A stretch of 64,000 nt of DNA from an uncultured Actinomycetota bacterium (GCA_963743915.1 CAVURN010000002.1:704001-768000); one strand, 5' to 3'. Counted from the stretch's first letter, positions 33,321 to 46,252 are shown. Made by a program: numbers and translations. Notes: generated by a model not told the origin, from the letters alone.

Positions 33321-33347
33321 CTGGCACTCGTGGAACCTGAGTGCCAA
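33321..33347. promoter_or_regulatory. CIRCE operator
   Basis: CTGGCACTC-N9-GAGTGCCAA upstream of hrcA-dnaJ, adjoining a minus-strand TAGACT -10. Confidence 0.93.
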
Positions 33348-33433
33348 GTCTACTGCCTGTACGGTGTCCTCTCCTGCGGGAAGGGGACTCTGCAGGTCAC
33401 GCGGGCCGCACCCCACGGCCGAGGAGCACCGGG

Positions 33434-34142
33434 ATGGACCACCACCAGTGGCTCGACTTCGCCGAGCACGAGTACGCGCTCTTCCTGAGTCTGCTGCGCT
33501 CGCTCGACCCGGACGAGTGGCAGGCACGCCACCGACTGCGCAGGGTGGTCCGTCCGCGACATCGTCGCCCACGTGGCCGGTGCCGCGCAGTCCACCGCGT
33601 CCTTCCGCGAGACCGCGCGACAGATGTTTCTCGCCCGCCGGCACGAGGGTGCTCAGCTCATCGACCGGATCAACGAGGTCCAGCTCGCCGACCGACGGCA
33701 CGCGTCACCCGCGGAGCTCCTGACAGAGCTGGAGCCCGCAGCCCGCCGAAGTCCGTCCGGACACGGCGACGACTGCCCGCACCGCTGCGTCGGCTACCGG
33801 TGCCGACGGACACGCCCGGACTAGGTACGACGCGGCTCGGCTTCCTCAACGACACGGTCTACACCCGCGACGTCTGGATGCACCGGGTCGACATCAGCCG
33901 CGCGACCGGACGCACGCTGGTTCTGACCGGTGCGCACGACGGCGCACTCGTGGCGGACGCCGCGACCGCCTGGCTCGCCCATCCGGGCAGTCCGACGGGT
34001 GTCGTGCTGACCGGCCCAGCGGGAGGGCGCTTCGGCGCCGTGGACCCAGCACTCACCGACCTTCGACGGCATCGACTTCTGCCGAGCGCTCGCTGGACGA
34101 GGGGTGCTGCCCGGCGTCCGCTCCGACCTGGTGCCCTTCTGA
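33434..34142 (+). CDS. Maleylpyruvate isomerase family mycothiol-dependent (DinB-like) protein; about three apparent indels
   Basis: Stitched frames give [27 protein letters not shown] and DFCRALAGR...VPF*; GAGGAG RBS. Confidence 0.8.
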
Positions 34143-34162
34143 CCCGCAGTACCGTTGCCGTC

Positions 34163-34517
34163 GTGGGCACGGTGGACGACTTCCTGAGCGGGCTGCCGGC
34201 CGAGCAGCCGACCGGCCTTCCGGCGGATCGTGACTCTTGCCTCGGCTGGAGCACCGGATGCCGATCAGGGCACCAGCTACGGCATGCCGGCCCTGATCTA
34301 CCGCGGGCGTCCGCTGCTGGGCTTCGCCGCCGCGAAGGCGCACCTCAGCATCTTCCCGTTCAGCCCCGCCGTGGTGGACGGCGTCCGGGATCGCCTGGAC
34401 GGTTACTCGCTGTCGAAGGGCACGATCCGCTTCACCACCGAGACGCCGTTGCCCGACGACGTGGTCACCGAGGTCGTCCGACTTCGTCGTGACGAGATCG
34501 ACGGGGCGCTCGGGTGA
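34163..34517 (+). CDS. DUF1801/YdhG-like protein (one apparent indel near 34209)
   Basis: TVDDFLSGLP then SYGMPA..YRG..L.GFAAAK.HLS.FP and SKGTIRF; TACCGT 7 nt before the GTG. Confidence 0.85.
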
Positions 34518-34521
34518 CGTC

Positions 34522-35349
34522 TCACAGGTAGCGCTCGATCGTCTCCTTGATGAACGGGTTCAAGACGTCGTGCGTGTGTCCATAGATGGAGCCGTGCCCC
34601 ATCCCCTCGAACTCGTGGTAGGTCGCGTTCCCCGCCAGCTCGGCAAGCTCCTGGTTGTCCTGCGGTGGTGCCTGGATGTCCTCGGCGAAGGCGACGACAT
34701 GCATCGGGACCATGCAGCTCGGCAGCTGCTCGGTCTGGTCGTAGAGCAGGCACGACTCCCATTGCGGGATCAGCGACTCCTCGTTCGCCTCCCCGGAGAG
34801 CCACTCCTCGAGATCCGCGCGCAGCCTCGGCCACAGCTCGCGATCCCCCAGCACCTTGGCCGGATACAGCATCGCGGCGTAGTGACACACCGCGAACATG
34901 CCGTCGAGGCGTCCGCCCTCGCGGCGCAGGTCGATCTCGGCCTTCTGGAAGTCCCAGCCCCAGCCGGTGCTCAACGCCCCGGTGCCCATGACGATCGCCG
35001 AGCGCACCAGGTCCGGGTGGTCGATGGCGATCTGCTGCACGATCGCACTCCCGAAGGAGATCCCGACCAGCGACACCGGAGGCTCGCAGATCTGTTCGAT
35101 GAGAGCCGCAGCGTCGTCGCTGAACTTCGCGAGCGGCCACGGCATCGGCTCGTCGCACGTGGTCTGCCCGATGCCGCGGTTGTCGTAGGTGGTGTTGCGG
35201 AAGTGCGGCTCGAAGAAAGGCATCTGGTACTTGTGCCAGTCACTGCCGAGACTCCCGCCTCCGGAGACCCACACCACATCGTGACCCTCGCCGAACTGGT
35301 CGTAGTGGATCTGGGCGCCGGGGACGTCGACGGTGGGCACAGTCGTCAC
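34522..35349 (-). CDS. Alpha/beta fold hydrolase
   Basis: YDNRGIG, GISFG nucleophile elbow, ED acid and GHG histidine. Confidence 0.92.
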   Translation of the reverse strand: MTTVPTVDVPGAQIHYDQFGEGHDVVWVSGGGSLGSDWHKYQMPFFEPHFRNTTYDNRGIGQTTCDEPMPWPLAKFSDDAAALIEQICEPPVSLVGISFGSAIVQQIAIDHPDLVRSAIVMGTGALSTGWGWDFQKAEIDLRREGGRLDGMFAVCHYAAMLYPAKVLGDRELWPRLRADLEEWLSGEANEESLIPQWESCLLYDQTEQLPSCMVPMHVVAFAEDIQAPPQDNQELAELAGNATYHEFEGMGHGSIYGHTHDVLNPFIKETIERYL

Positions 35350-35412
35350 TCCGCATCTGGTCCGAGCAGCAGGTCCGGCGAGCCTAGCCTTCGTATGCGG
35401 CGGAAGCGGCGG

Positions 35413-36633
35413 TCAGGTGTCGGCGAGCAGCCGGCGGACGACCAGGTCGGCGAGCAGCCGACCTTGGGTGGTGAGGACCAGGCGTCCGGACGCCCAGGCG
35501 TCCGCCTGCAGCAGGCCCTCGGCCACCATGAGGGACGCCTCGGCGCTCCCCGCGTCGTCCAGGACGCCGGCCGCCATTCCCTCGCTGAGCCTCACTTCCA
35601 GCAGCACCCGCTCGACGCGTCGTGCCTCGGTGTCCAGCAGCTCGCGCGCGTGGGCCGGGCTGCTGCCCGACGCCAGCCGCTCTGCGTACGCACGGGGGTG
35701 CTTGACGTTCCACCAGCGGACCCCGCCCACGTGGCTGTGCGCGCCAGGGCCGAAGCCCCACCAGTCGTCGCTGTGCCAGTAACCGAGGTTGTGCCGGCAC
35801 TGCTGCGCGGTCGAACGCGCCCAGTTCGAGACCTCGTACCACTCGAGACCCGCCGCGGTCAGCAACTCGTCGGCCATCAGGTACATGTCCGCCTGGACAT
35901 CGTCCTCGACCGGGGGCAGCTCGCCACGGGCGATGCGCCGGGCCAGTGCGGTCCCCTCCTCGACGATGAGCGCGTAGGCGCTGACATGGTCGGGCTCAAG
36001 TGCGAGTGCGGTCTCGAGCGAGACGCGCCAGTCGTCCAAGGACTCGCCCGGAGTCCCGTAGATGAGATCGAGGCTGACGCTCTCGAACCCTGCGGTGCGC
36101 GCGTCGCTCACAGCTTGTGCCACACGCCCCGGCGTATGGACGCGGTCGAGAGTCGCCAGGACGTGCGGCACCGCGCTCTGCATGCCGAACGAGATCCGGT
36201 TGATGCCCCCCGACCGGAGCACACGCAATGAGCTCTCGGTGACCGACTCGGGGTTCGCCTCGGTGGTGATTTCCACGTCGTCGGTGAAGCCGAACGCCTG
36301 GGCCAGGGCCTTCACCACGAGCAACTGGTCCTCGGCCGGGAGCAGGGTCGGCGTCCCGCCTCCGAAGAACACCGTGGCGAGCGGAGGCGCGTGCGGGACG
36401 ACGCGTCGCGCCAGCTCGATCTCGGTCAGCACTGCTCCCACGTACTGCTGCTCCGTGGTGCCCTGCAGCTCACTGGCGGTGTACGTGTTGAAGTCGCAGT
36501 AGCCGCAGCGCGTGGCGCAGAACGGGACGTGGACGTACGCCCCGAAGGGACGGTCGCCCACCCGCCTCACCGCTTCGTCGGGCAGACGCCCGTCAGCGGG
36601 TGCTGACTCCCCCTCGGGCAGGGTGCTGGGCAT
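35413..36633 (-). CDS. hemW: Radical SAM heme chaperone HemW
   Basis: YVHVPFCATRCGYCDFN, GGGTPT, EANP, YEVSNW, HNLGYW. Confidence 0.96.
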   Translation of the reverse strand: MPSTLPEGESAPADGRLPDEAVRRVGDRPFGAYVHVPFCATRCGYCDFNTYTASELQGTTEQQYVGAVLTEIELARRVVPHAPPLATVFFGGGTPTLLPAEDQLLVVKALAQAFGFTDDVEITTEANPESVTESSLRVLRSGGINRISFGMQSAVPHVLATLDRVHTPGRVAQAVSDARTAGFESVSLDLIYGTPGESLDDWRVSLETALALEPDHVSAYALIVEEGTALARRIARGELPPVEDDVQADMYLMADELLTAAGLEWYEVSNWARSTAQQCRHNLGYWHSDDWWGFGPGAHSHVGGVRWWNVKHPRAYAERLASGSSPAHARELLDTEARRVERVLLEVRLSEGMAAGVLDDAGSAEASLMVAEGLLQADAWASGRLVLTTQGRLLADLVVRRLLADT

Positions 36634-36652
36634 CACATCAGTCTTTCACCGT

Positions 36653-36710
36653 CGAGTGCCGCGAAACCGGGCAAGGACGGCCAAGAAAGTCGCCGATTTC
36701 GCGCTTCTCG
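36653..36710. repeat. Imperfect intergenic palindrome (REP-like)
   Basis: CGAG..CGCGAAACCGG ... CCGATTTCGCG..CTCG. Confidence 0.55.
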
Positions 36711-36736
36711 CGGGCCGTACGGGCCAGGAACCCCCG

Positions 36737-37300
36737 CTAGACGGGGGTCGAGGCATCCGGGGGGAAGGCCGGGCCGTGTCCGGGAATGATGCGAGCGGGT
36801 TCGAGCGCCAGGACGCGCTGGCGTGACGCGCGCAGCACGCCGGCATCCGGCGCGTACGGGTCGTCCAGCGGACCTGCCGCCGACCACCAGAGATGAGTCA
36901 GCACCACGGTGCCGTTGCTGGTCTCGACCACCGTCGAGATGTCCTGCGGGGTGTGTCCGGGAGTCTCGAGCAGGGTGGTGCTTGGTCCCACCTGGAAGCC
37001 CTCGGCCGGGCGGTCCTCCCAGAGGTCACCGCGGTAGATCGCCTGGTGGTCGTGGAAGCGCGCGTTCGGGAAGAGTGCGGCGTGCAGCGTGTGGTCAGGG
37101 TGGTGGTGGCTGAACACGACGTCGGTGACGTCCTCGGCCGCGACGCCCAGCGCGGTGAGCGGATCGAGGATGAGACTGCGGTCGGCGACCATGCCGGGGT
37201 CGACGACGATCACCGCGTCGCCGTCGCGGATGAAGGTGACGGTCCCGGCGACTCGTTCATCGGCGTACCCCTCGACGAGCACGTGCACCGACGCGGCCAT
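36737..37300 (-). CDS. MBL-fold metallo-hydrolase
   Basis: VDPG, SHHHPDH, TPGHT, IPGHG; the ATG overlaps the fadD stop. Confidence 0.92.
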   Translation of the reverse strand: MAASVHVLVEGYADERVAGTVTFIRDGDAVIVVDPGMVADRSLILDPLTALGVAAEDVTDVVFSHHHPDHTLHAALFPNARFHDHQAIYRGDLWEDRPAEGFQVGPSTTLLETPGHTPQDISTVVETSNGTVVLTHLWWSAAGPLDDPYAPDAGVLRASRQRVLALEPARIIPGHGPAFPPDASTPV

Positions 37301-39135
37301 CAGCGTCCTTCCTCGTACATCTGGTCGAGCAGCCCGGCGTACATGTTCTCGACCACCCGGCGCTTGACCTTCTGGCTCGGAGTGAGCTCTCCGGTCTCGA
37401 CACTGAAGTCGTGGTCCATGACGCGGAAGCGCTTGATCGTCTCCCAGCGGTTGAGCGTCTTGTTCAAGTCGTCGACCTTCGTCTGGATGAAGGCGTGAAC
37501 GCGGGGGTCGGCGGTGAGTGCCGCGTAGTCGGCCTCGATGCCCTCTGACGCCGCCCACTGCCCCGCGACGTCCGGATCGAGGGTGATCAGGGCACTCGCG
37601 AAGTTGCGCTTGTCGGCGTGCACCACGACGTGGGCAGCGATCGGACACAGCGCCTTGAGCCGCGCCTCGATGATCGACGGTGCGATGTACTTGCCGCCTG
37701 AGGTCTTGACCAGATCCTTCTTGCGGTCGGTGATGCGGACGCGGCCACCCTCGTCGATCTCGCCCACGTCGCCCGTCGAGAACCAGCCCTCGGCGTCCAG
37801 CACCTCCGCGGACTGCTCGGGCATGCCGTGGTAGCCGCGCATGACCCCGGGACCGCGCACCTGGATCTCGCCGTCCTCGGCGATTCGGATCTCGCTGCCC
37901 GGGAAGGGCTCCCCCACGGTGCCGAACCGCCAGTTGTGCGGGCGGTTGATGCAGGTGCCCGCGCTGGTCTCGGTGAGACCGTAGCCCTCGAGGACGAGGA
38001 GTCCCGCGGCGTGGAACCACTCGGCGACCTCACTGCTGAGCGCGGCGCTGCCCGACACGAGGTAGCGGATGCGGCCGCCCAGCCGCTCGCGAATCTTCTT
38101 GAAGACCAGCGCGTCGGCGATGGCGTACTGCAGCTTCAGGATTCCGACCGGCTCGAGCCCCTGCTGACGGCGTCGCGAGACCTGCTGCCCGATCGCAAAC
38201 GCCCATTGCGCGATCGCGGCCTTGGCGCCACCCTCCCCGAGGGCGGTCTGGATCACGCGGGCGCGCACCTTCTCGAAGATGCGCGGCGCCCCTGCCATGA
38301 AGGTGGGCTGGACCTCGGCAAGGCCGTCGGCGATCTTGTCCACGCGCCCGTCGACGGCCGAGGCGAATCCGATCTCGAGCTGGGCTGCCAGCAGCACCTT
38401 GCCGAACGAGTGCGAGAGCGGCAGCCAGAGGAACTGCACGTCGTCGGGGGTCAGGATCTCGACCGCGTCGACACACGCCCCCTCGTAGGTCCAGCAGGAC
38501 TGCGTCAGCTCGACGCCCTTGGGGCGTCCGGTGGTGCCGGAGGTGTAGATGAGAGTGGCGAGCTGGTCCGGCTCAATGGTCGAGATCACCGCGTCGACAG
38601 CTCCCGGGTGCCGGCGCAGGTGGTCCGCGCCCGACCGCGCGAGCTCACGCCAGGACATGACCCAGTCACCGTCACCGTCACCATCGACGAGGATGACCTT
38701 GTCGACGTCCGGAAGCTGGTCACGCACGCTCCGCAGCTTGGCGAGCTGGTCGGCGTCCTCGACGAACACGAACCGGCTGCCCGAGTTGGCGACGATGAAC
38801 GCCACGTCCTCGGGCTCGGTCGAGGGGTAGACGGTGGTGGTCGCACCACCGGAGCACATGACCGCGAGGTCGGCGAGGATCCACTCGTAGCGCGTCGAGC
38901 AGATGATGGCGACGCGCTGCTCGTTCGACAGCCCGAGCGCCAGCAGACCTGCAGCCAGGTCGAAGGACTGGGCGCCTACCTGTTCCCAGGTGAGGGACTC
39001 CCAGCCGTGGTCAGTGGGGAAGCGCAGCGCCTCGCGTCGAGGGGACTTCTCGACCCGGTCCACCAGCATGCGCGCGACGGAGCGTGCCGGAGTGAGGTAG
39101 GTGGCCTCTGCGCTGCCGGTGATCGGCGCGGTCAT
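37300..39135 (-). CDS. Long-chain fatty acid--CoA ligase (AMP-binding)
   Basis: [29 protein letters not shown]; GGAGG RBS. Confidence 0.95.
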   Translation of the reverse strand: MTAPITGSAEATYLTPARSVARMLVDRVEKSPRREALRFPTDHGWESLTWEQVGAQSFDLAAGLLALGLSNEQRVAIICSTRYEWILADLAVMCSGGATTTVYPSTEPEDVAFIVANSGSRFVFVEDADQLAKLRSVRDQLPDVDKVILVDGDGDGDWVMSWRELARSGADHLRRHPGAVDAVISTIEPDQLATLIYTSGTTGRPKGVELTQSCWTYEGACVDAVEILTPDDVQFLWLPLSHSFGKVLLAAQLEIGFASAVDGRVDKIADGLAEVQPTFMAGAPRIFEKVRARVIQTALGEGGAKAAIAQWAFAIGQQVSRRRQQGLEPVGILKLQYAIADALVFKKIRERLGGRIRYLVSGSAALSSEVAEWFHAAGLLVLEGYGLTETSAGTCINRPHNWRFGTVGEPFPGSEIRIAEDGEIQVRGPGVMRGYHGMPEQSAEVLDAEGWFSTGDVGEIDEGGRVRITDRKKDLVKTSGGKYIAPSIIEARLKALCPIAAHVVVHADKRNFASALITLDPDVAGQWAASEGIEADYAALTADPRVHAFIQTKVDDLNKTLNRWETIKRFRVMDHDFSVETGELTPSQKVKRRVVENMYAGLLDQMYEEGR

Positions 39136-39244
39136 GCGTCCTCCCCGTGATCGATGTGCCCAGCGTAGGGAGCAGCCGGCGTCCGCACCACACCGGACAC
39201 GGCAACACACAGTTCGACGGCGGCTGGACCCCCCGGCGACCTCA

Positions 39245-41100
<1,856 letters not shown>

Positions 41101-41157
41101 GCGGCTTCCTCGGGGTGGTCAGACGGGGGCTGGGGACGTCTCATCGTCCCACGTCGG

Positions 41158-41500
41158 TCAGCGTTCCCATCCCCACAGGTCGCGCATCGCCCTCACGAGC
41201 AGTGGGGTGAGCGGAACCATCGGGAAGAGGAAGATGGCGAATCCGGCCCGCGCATGCCCCTCGGCCATCAGCAGCTGGACCAGAGCCGCCCACACCAGGA
41301 ACACCGGCAGCAGCAGGATCCCGATCGTCCAGACGACCCGCACCGGGCGCGTGAAGCGTGGTGCCCGGTAGCGCGCCCACTGCTGCGGACCCAGGACGGA
41401 CCTCGGGCGCCGTGAACGCAGCGGGCTCGACCTCCATGCCCGGTCGGAACGGTCGATACTGCTCCGCTCCGGCGGGCGGGGCATCCCCGTTCTGTCCCAT
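41158..41500 (-). CDS. Hypothetical two-TM membrane protein (one apparent indel near 41399)
   Basis: MGQNGDAPP...FTAPEV joins VLGPQQWARY...two hydrophobic helices after a one-base correction. Confidence 0.55.
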
Positions 41501-41669
41501 GGGACAGGTATCGGCTCCGCCGACCACCCTCCTGAAGGCCCCGTCCCCGCGTTCGGCCCGGTTTGGAGGGGGGCGGCACCCGCCGGTAGCCTAGGAGTTT
41601 GTGCGACCAGGCGCCGCACGCGTCGTCGCACGTTCCACGCACCCAGACCAGATCCGAGGCAACCGCACC

Positions 41670-41933
41670 GTGGCGAACATCAAGTCCCAGATCAAGCGGA
41701 ACCGGCAGAACCAGAAGGCCACCGACCGCAACAAGGCCGTGAAGTCTGAGTTCAAGACCGCGATCCGCAAGTTCCGCGAGGCAGCCGACGCCGGCGACCG
41801 CGCACAGGCTGAGGCGCTCATGAGGAACGCCGCCCAGCTCGTCGACAAGGCCGCGGGCAAGGGCGTGATCCACGCCAACCAGGCGGCGAACAAGAAGGCG
41901 CGGATGGCGTCCCGCCTGGCTCAGGTCTCCTGA
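41670..41933 (+). CDS. rpsT: 30S ribosomal protein S20
   Basis: [14 protein letters not shown]...[13 protein letters not shown]. Confidence 0.98.
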   Translation: MANIKSQIKRNRQNQKATDRNKAVKSEFKTAIRKFREAADAGDRAQAEALMRNAAQLVDKAAGKGVIHANQAANKKARMASRLAQVS

Positions 41934-41967
41934 CCCTTCCGCAGCAACGCCGACCGGGTCGGCACCT

Positions 41968-41994
41968 CGAGGGCCGCGCAACGCGCGGCCCTCG
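41968..41994. terminator. 12-bp perfect hairpin between convergent rpsT and holA
   Basis: CGAGGGCCGCGC-AAC-GCGCGGCCCTCG; no U-tract. Confidence 0.65.
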
Positions 41995-42005
41995 CTCATG
42001 TCCGG

Positions 42006-42058
42006 GTGATGGGTGCGGCGATCCCTTCGATCAATGCAGGCGGTGTCACACCGCACCC
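42006..42058. repeat. 53-nt dispersed palindromic repeat, copy A
   Basis: 49/53 identical to 58250-58302; GGGTGCGG...CCGCACCC stem. Confidence 0.9.
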
Positions 42059-42072
42059 CCAGGGGGTGCGGC

Positions 42073-43066
42073 TCAGTGGAGACGGCGGGCCCGGCCCACG
42101 GCGATCAGCATCCGCTCCAACGCGTACTCGGGGTCGACGGCTCCCGGTCTTGACATCGGAGTCGGCCACCGCCACCGCCTTGATCGCGACCCCGAGACCT
42201 TGCTCGCTCCAGTCACGGGCCAGACCCCGGAGGTTCTTCACCTTCCAGGACGGGGCGCCGGAGAGGGTCGCCACCGAGTCGGCGCCCGCGCCGCGCGGGG
42301 CGGTCGCCACCAGGGCCAGCTGCCGGAGCGAGCGACCCAGGGCGGCGGTCACGAGCACTGCCGGGACGCCGGACTCCCGCGCGTGGCGGAGCAGGCCGAG
42401 CGCCTGAGCGGTTCGGCCTGCCAGCACCTGGTCGGCGATGTCGAAGCCCTGCACCTCGACGCGTCCGCCGTAGTAGCGGCGGACGGTCTCCTCCTCCAGC
42501 CGACCCCCCGCGCCCAGGTCGCTGACCAGCTGCGCGCATGCCCCTGAGAGGTCGCGGAGCTTGGTGCCCACGGCGTCGATGAGCACCTCGACGGCGACCG
42601 CCTCAGCGCGGCAGCCGTGCTCGGCCAGCTCGGCCTTGACGAACGAGACCCGGTTCTGCCTCAGCGGCCCCGCGCCCGTCGGCGAGGTGGGGGTCGCCAC
42701 CGTCTGGGCCCCGGCCTTCTTCGCCGCTGTCAGTACCGCTTTGCCCCCGTTGCCCCCGCCATGGACGAGGACCACCACGGCGTCCTCGCTGGGTGCAGCC
42801 AGGTAGGCCATGACCTCGTCGACGGCATCGGCTACGTCCGGGTTCGACTGGACGAGCGCCTCGATGCCCGTCACGACGACCACGGGGGCGCCGCCGAAGA
42901 GCGAGGGGGACGTCGCGACGGCCAGCTGGCCGGACTGCAGGCCCCGGGCGGTGAGCTCGATGACCTCGGCGTCCGGCCCGCCCGCCTCGGCGACGATCGC
43001 CTTCAGCGCACGCTCGACCAGCAGCTCTTCGTTGCCGGTGATCACGGTGAGGGGTGCGACGGTCAT
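42073..43066 (-). CDS. holA: DNA polymerase III delta subunit (one apparent +1 indel near 42144)
   Basis: GNEELLVERA, SPSLFG, LREL-like LRDLSGACAQL, YYGGRVEV.GF. The corrected end reads DVKTGAVDPEYALERML...*; comEC-holA-rpsT synteny. Confidence 0.92.
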
Positions 43067-43103
43067 CGCGGTCAGCATCCCAGACGCCGCCGACGGCACG
43101 GGC

Positions 43104-45416
43104 TCAGGGCAGGACCTGCACCCGCAGTCCGTCGTCGCCGGTCACGACCGCCACGGTGCCCTCGGTGTCGGTGCGGACCACGAGCATGCCCGACCCCGCC
43201 AAGGCGTCGATCAGCTCCGGCGCCGGGTGCCCGTACGGGTTGTCCTCCCCCGCGCTGACGACCGCGACTCGGGCGCCGGTCGCCGCCAGGAACTGCTCAT
43301 CCTGGAACCGCGAGCCGTGGTGCGGCACCTTCAGCAGGTCGACCTGCGGCACGCGGTCCGACGCCACCAGCGCCGCCTGGGCGGGCGGTTCCACGTCGCC
43401 GGTCAGCAGCATCCGCACTCCGCCCACCTCGACCAGCAGAACGACGCTCGCGTTGTTCGGCGGCGAGCCCTCGCTCGGCGGAGCCGGATCGGGCCACAGG
43501 ACGCGCCACGTCGCGTCGCCGACGCTGCCACGTTGCCCGGGTGCCGCCTCGACCACGGGGAGCTCCTCGGTCCAACGGGCGACCTCGCTCACCTGCTCCG
43601 GCGGGTCACGCAGGGGGCTGACCAGCACGCTGCCGACGTCACGGCCGTCCAGGACGCCGGGCACCCCTGCCACATGGTCGGCGTGGAAGTGCGTCAGGAC
43701 CAGCAGGGGCACGTGCTCGACGCCGAGCCGGTCCAGGCACCGGTCGACGAGTGCGGCGTCCGGCCCGGCATCGACGACCAGGGCCGAGCTCTCGGCGACC
43801 CGCACCGCGAGGGCGTCGCCCTGCCCCACATCGCAGGCGACCAGCACCCACCCCGGTGGCGGCCACCGACCGGGACCGAGCAGGTAGGCCACGAGCAGTG
43901 CTGCCGACAGGGTCGCGGCGACCACCATTCGTCGGGGACGCCACCACCCACGCCGACGACCGGCGCGGATCGCCAACACGGCACTGCCGATCAGCACGAG
44001 CGCCAGCACGGCACCCGCCCAACTCTCCGGCCAGGGCAGCGTCGCGACCGGCGCCGACGCCGTCCGGTGGGCGACCACGGCGATCCACTCCGTCGGCCAC
44101 TGCGCCAGCCAGGCGCACGCGCCAGCCACCGGGGGTGCGACGGGCGACGCAGCGGCCGCCGCGGCTCCGAGGACGGTGGCGGGCGCCACCGCGGGCGCCG
44201 CAAGCAGGTTCGCCACCACGGACAGCACCGCCACCTGGCCTGACAGCGCCACCACCAGAGGCAGCGTCGCCACCTGGGCGGCCATGGCCACACCCACGCC
44301 GTCGCGCACCGGGTCGGGCAGCCACTCCGGCAGGGCCGCGGACCAGCGACGGGCCAGCATGACCAGTCCGGCGGTGGCCGCCACCGAGAGCGCAAACCCC
44401 CAAGAACGCGCCAGCCACGGGTCGGCGAGCAGCAGCACCATGACGGACGCCAGCAGCGCCCGCACCGCTTGGCCGCGGCCCGCGACGGCGACCCCGATCA
44501 GGGCGACCGAGCCCATGACCGCTGCGCGCAGCACACTGGGCTGGGGTCTGGCCAGGAGCACGAACCAGACCACCAGTGCCAGGCCGATCCCCACGAGCGC
44601 GTACCCGCGCACGCGCAGCCACCGGGCGAGCAGCAGACCGGCGCCCACGACGATTGCGACATTTGCCCCCGACACCGCAGTCAGGTGCGCTAGACCGCTG
44701 TCCCGAAGGTCGGCGACCAGCATCGACGGCAGTGCGCCGGTGTCGCCGACCACCAATGCTGGCAGCAGACCCTGGGCGTCAGCACCCAGACCGACGACGG
44801 CGCGGCGGAGCCCGCTGCGCATGTTCTCGGCTCCGCGGAGCACGGGGGACTCATCGCGCAGGTGTTCGGGAGCGTCGTCGGTGAACAGGTAGGCGGCCAA
44901 TGGACGCACGGACGGGGCGGGGCGCAGCGAGCCGCCCAGGCCCACCCTGTCTCCCAGGCGCAGGTCCTCCCATCCCCCGCCGTCACCCACGGCGAGCACC
45001 GGTGTCCGCAGCGCAATGGCCTCGCCACCCGACCGTGCCTCGCGCACCATCAGCTCGACGCGCACCTGCCGGGCGTCCGCTGCACCGAACGAGGCACGAT
45101 CGACGAGCTCGGGGTCAGAGGTCAGGACAGCCTCGATGTCGACGTGCCGCGACTGCTCCGCCCATTCGACGAACGGCGCGGCGTCCAGCTGTGCGACACG
45201 GAGCGCCATCGAAGCTGCACCGACGGCGAGCATGACCAGCATCAGACGTGGGAGAGGGCCGAGCCTGGCCCGTCCCGCCAGTCCGCCGAGCGCGAGCGCC
45301 GAAGCGACCGCCGCCACCGGGGCAGGCGGGGCCAACGGCGCCAGCCACGCTCCGACCCACAGGGCGAGTGCGGGCATGAGGAGCCGCAGGTCGCGCGGTG
45401 TCTCGGACGGCGTCAG
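43104..45416 (-). CDS. comEC: ComEC/Rec2 competence protein
   Basis: HLTAVSGANV, PSVLRA, DVGQGD, THFHADH, LLTGD, KVPHHGS, NPYGHP; start uncertain. Confidence 0.95.
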   Translation of the reverse strand: MTPSETPRDLRLLMPALALWVGAWLAPLAPPAPVAAVASALALGGLAGRARLGPLPRLMLVMLAVGAASMALRVAQLDAAPFVEWAEQSRHVDIEAVLTSDPELVDRASFGAADARQVRVELMVREARSGGEAIALRTPVLAVGDGGGWEDLRLGDRVGLGGSLRPAPSVRPLAAYLFTDDAPEHLRDESPVLRGAENMRSGLRRAVVGLGADAQGLLPALVVGDTGALPSMLVADLRDSGLAHLTAVSGANVAIVVGAGLLLARWLRVRGYALVGIGLALVVWFVLLARPQPSVLRAAVMGSVALIGVAVAGRGQAVRALLASVMVLLLADPWLARSWGFALSVAATAGLVMLARRWSAALPEWLPDPVRDGVGVAMAAQVATLPLVVALSGQVAVLSVVANLLAAPAVAPATVLGAAAAAASPVAPPVAGACAWLAQWPTEWIAVVAHRTASAPVATLPWPESWAGAVLALVLIGSAVLAIRAGRRRGWWRPRRMVVAATLSAALLVAYLLGPGRWPPPGWVLVACDVGQGDALAVRVAESSALVVDAGPDAALVDRCLDRLGVEHVPLLVLTHFHADHVAGVPGVLDGRDVGSVLVSPLRDPPEQVSEVARWTEELPVVEAAPGQRGSVGDATWRVLWPDPAPPSEGSPPNNASVVLLVEVGGVRMLLTGDVEPPAQAALVASDRVPQVDLLKVPHHGSRFQDEQFLAATGARVAVVSAGEDNPYGHPAPELIDALAGSGMLVVRTDTEGTVAVVTGDDGLRVQVLP

Positions 45417-46252
45417 AGCCGGACCAGCGGCGCGAGCTCGGCATACGTGGCGGGGCCGATGCCGGAGACTTCCTGCAGCTGCTCGATGGACGAAAACCCA
45501 CCGTTCTGCGTCCGCCACTCGACGATCGCGGCCGCCAGCACCGGACCGATGCCGGGCAAGGTGTCGAGCTCGGTCTCGGCCGCGGTGTTGATGCTCACCA
45601 GTCCTGCTCCGGGGTCCACACCGCTGGGCATGGACGGGGAGGAACCGGGGGTCACCACGCCGGGGAGCGGGCTCGCGGGGTCCCCACGTGAGGGGACGAT
45701 GACCTGCTCACCGTCCACCAGCGGCTTCGCCAGGTTCAACGGCCCGGTGTCGGCCCCTCGGGCCAGCCCACCCGACGCTTCGATCGCGTCGACGACCCGC
45801 GATCCTCCCGGCAGCTCGACCACGCCAGGTCTGCGCACGCGTCCGTCGACGTCGACGACGACCACCGAGTCCTGTCCCTCGACCGACGGTGACGTCGGCT
45901 CCACCAGGACGTTCTGACCCGTAGCCTTCATCCCTTCCGACGCCGGGGGCGCGGCCTCGCCGCGGGGCCACCCCAGCACGACGACCACCAACCCGCCGGC
46001 GACCGCTGCCAGCCCCAGCGACGCCAGAGCGCGCAGTGCGGAGGCGTCCAGGCGCCACTCGCGCTGCTCACGCTCGGGCAGGGTGTGTCGACCCGCCGTT
46101 GAGGCTGCACCGGGCGGCACCTGGCCGTCCGGTGCTACCGGCCGGGCGCTCGCGATCGCCTCGTCGACATCGGTCGCGGTCGGCACCCACCCCGGGGTGA
46201 GAGCGCGCAGGCGGTCGCGGGCCGTCTGTGCCTCGGATCGGGAACGGAGCAT
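45413..46252 (-). CDS. comEA: ComEA DNA-binding protein
   Basis: TM helix, SLBB domain (VDGRVRRPGVV..GSRVVDAI), HhH motifs LPGIGP/VSGIGP. Confidence 0.95.
   Translation of the reverse strand: MLRSRSEAQTARDRLRALTPGWVPTATDVDEAIASARPVAPDGQVPPGAASTAGRHTLPEREQREWRLDASALRALASLGLAAVAGGLVVVVLGWPRGEAAPPASEGMKATGQNVLVEPTSPSVEGQDSVVVVDVDGRVRRPGVVELPGGSRVVDAIEASGGLARGADTGPLNLAKPLVDGEQVIVPSRGDPASPLPGVVTPGSSPSMPSGVDPGAGLVSINTAAETELDTLPGIGPVLAAAIVEWRTQNGGFSSIEQLQEVSGIGPATYAELAPLVRL

Noticed and set aside
38664-38682. GTCACC tandem repeat
   Set aside because: It encodes the DGDGDGD linker within the acyl-CoA ligase and is not an independent repeat locus.
42006-42066. The 53-nt repeat read as a conserved peptide (MGAAIPxINAxGVTPHPQ)
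   Set aside because: The similarity follows from DNA identity, there is no RBS, and the frames run on into antisense of neighbouring genes.
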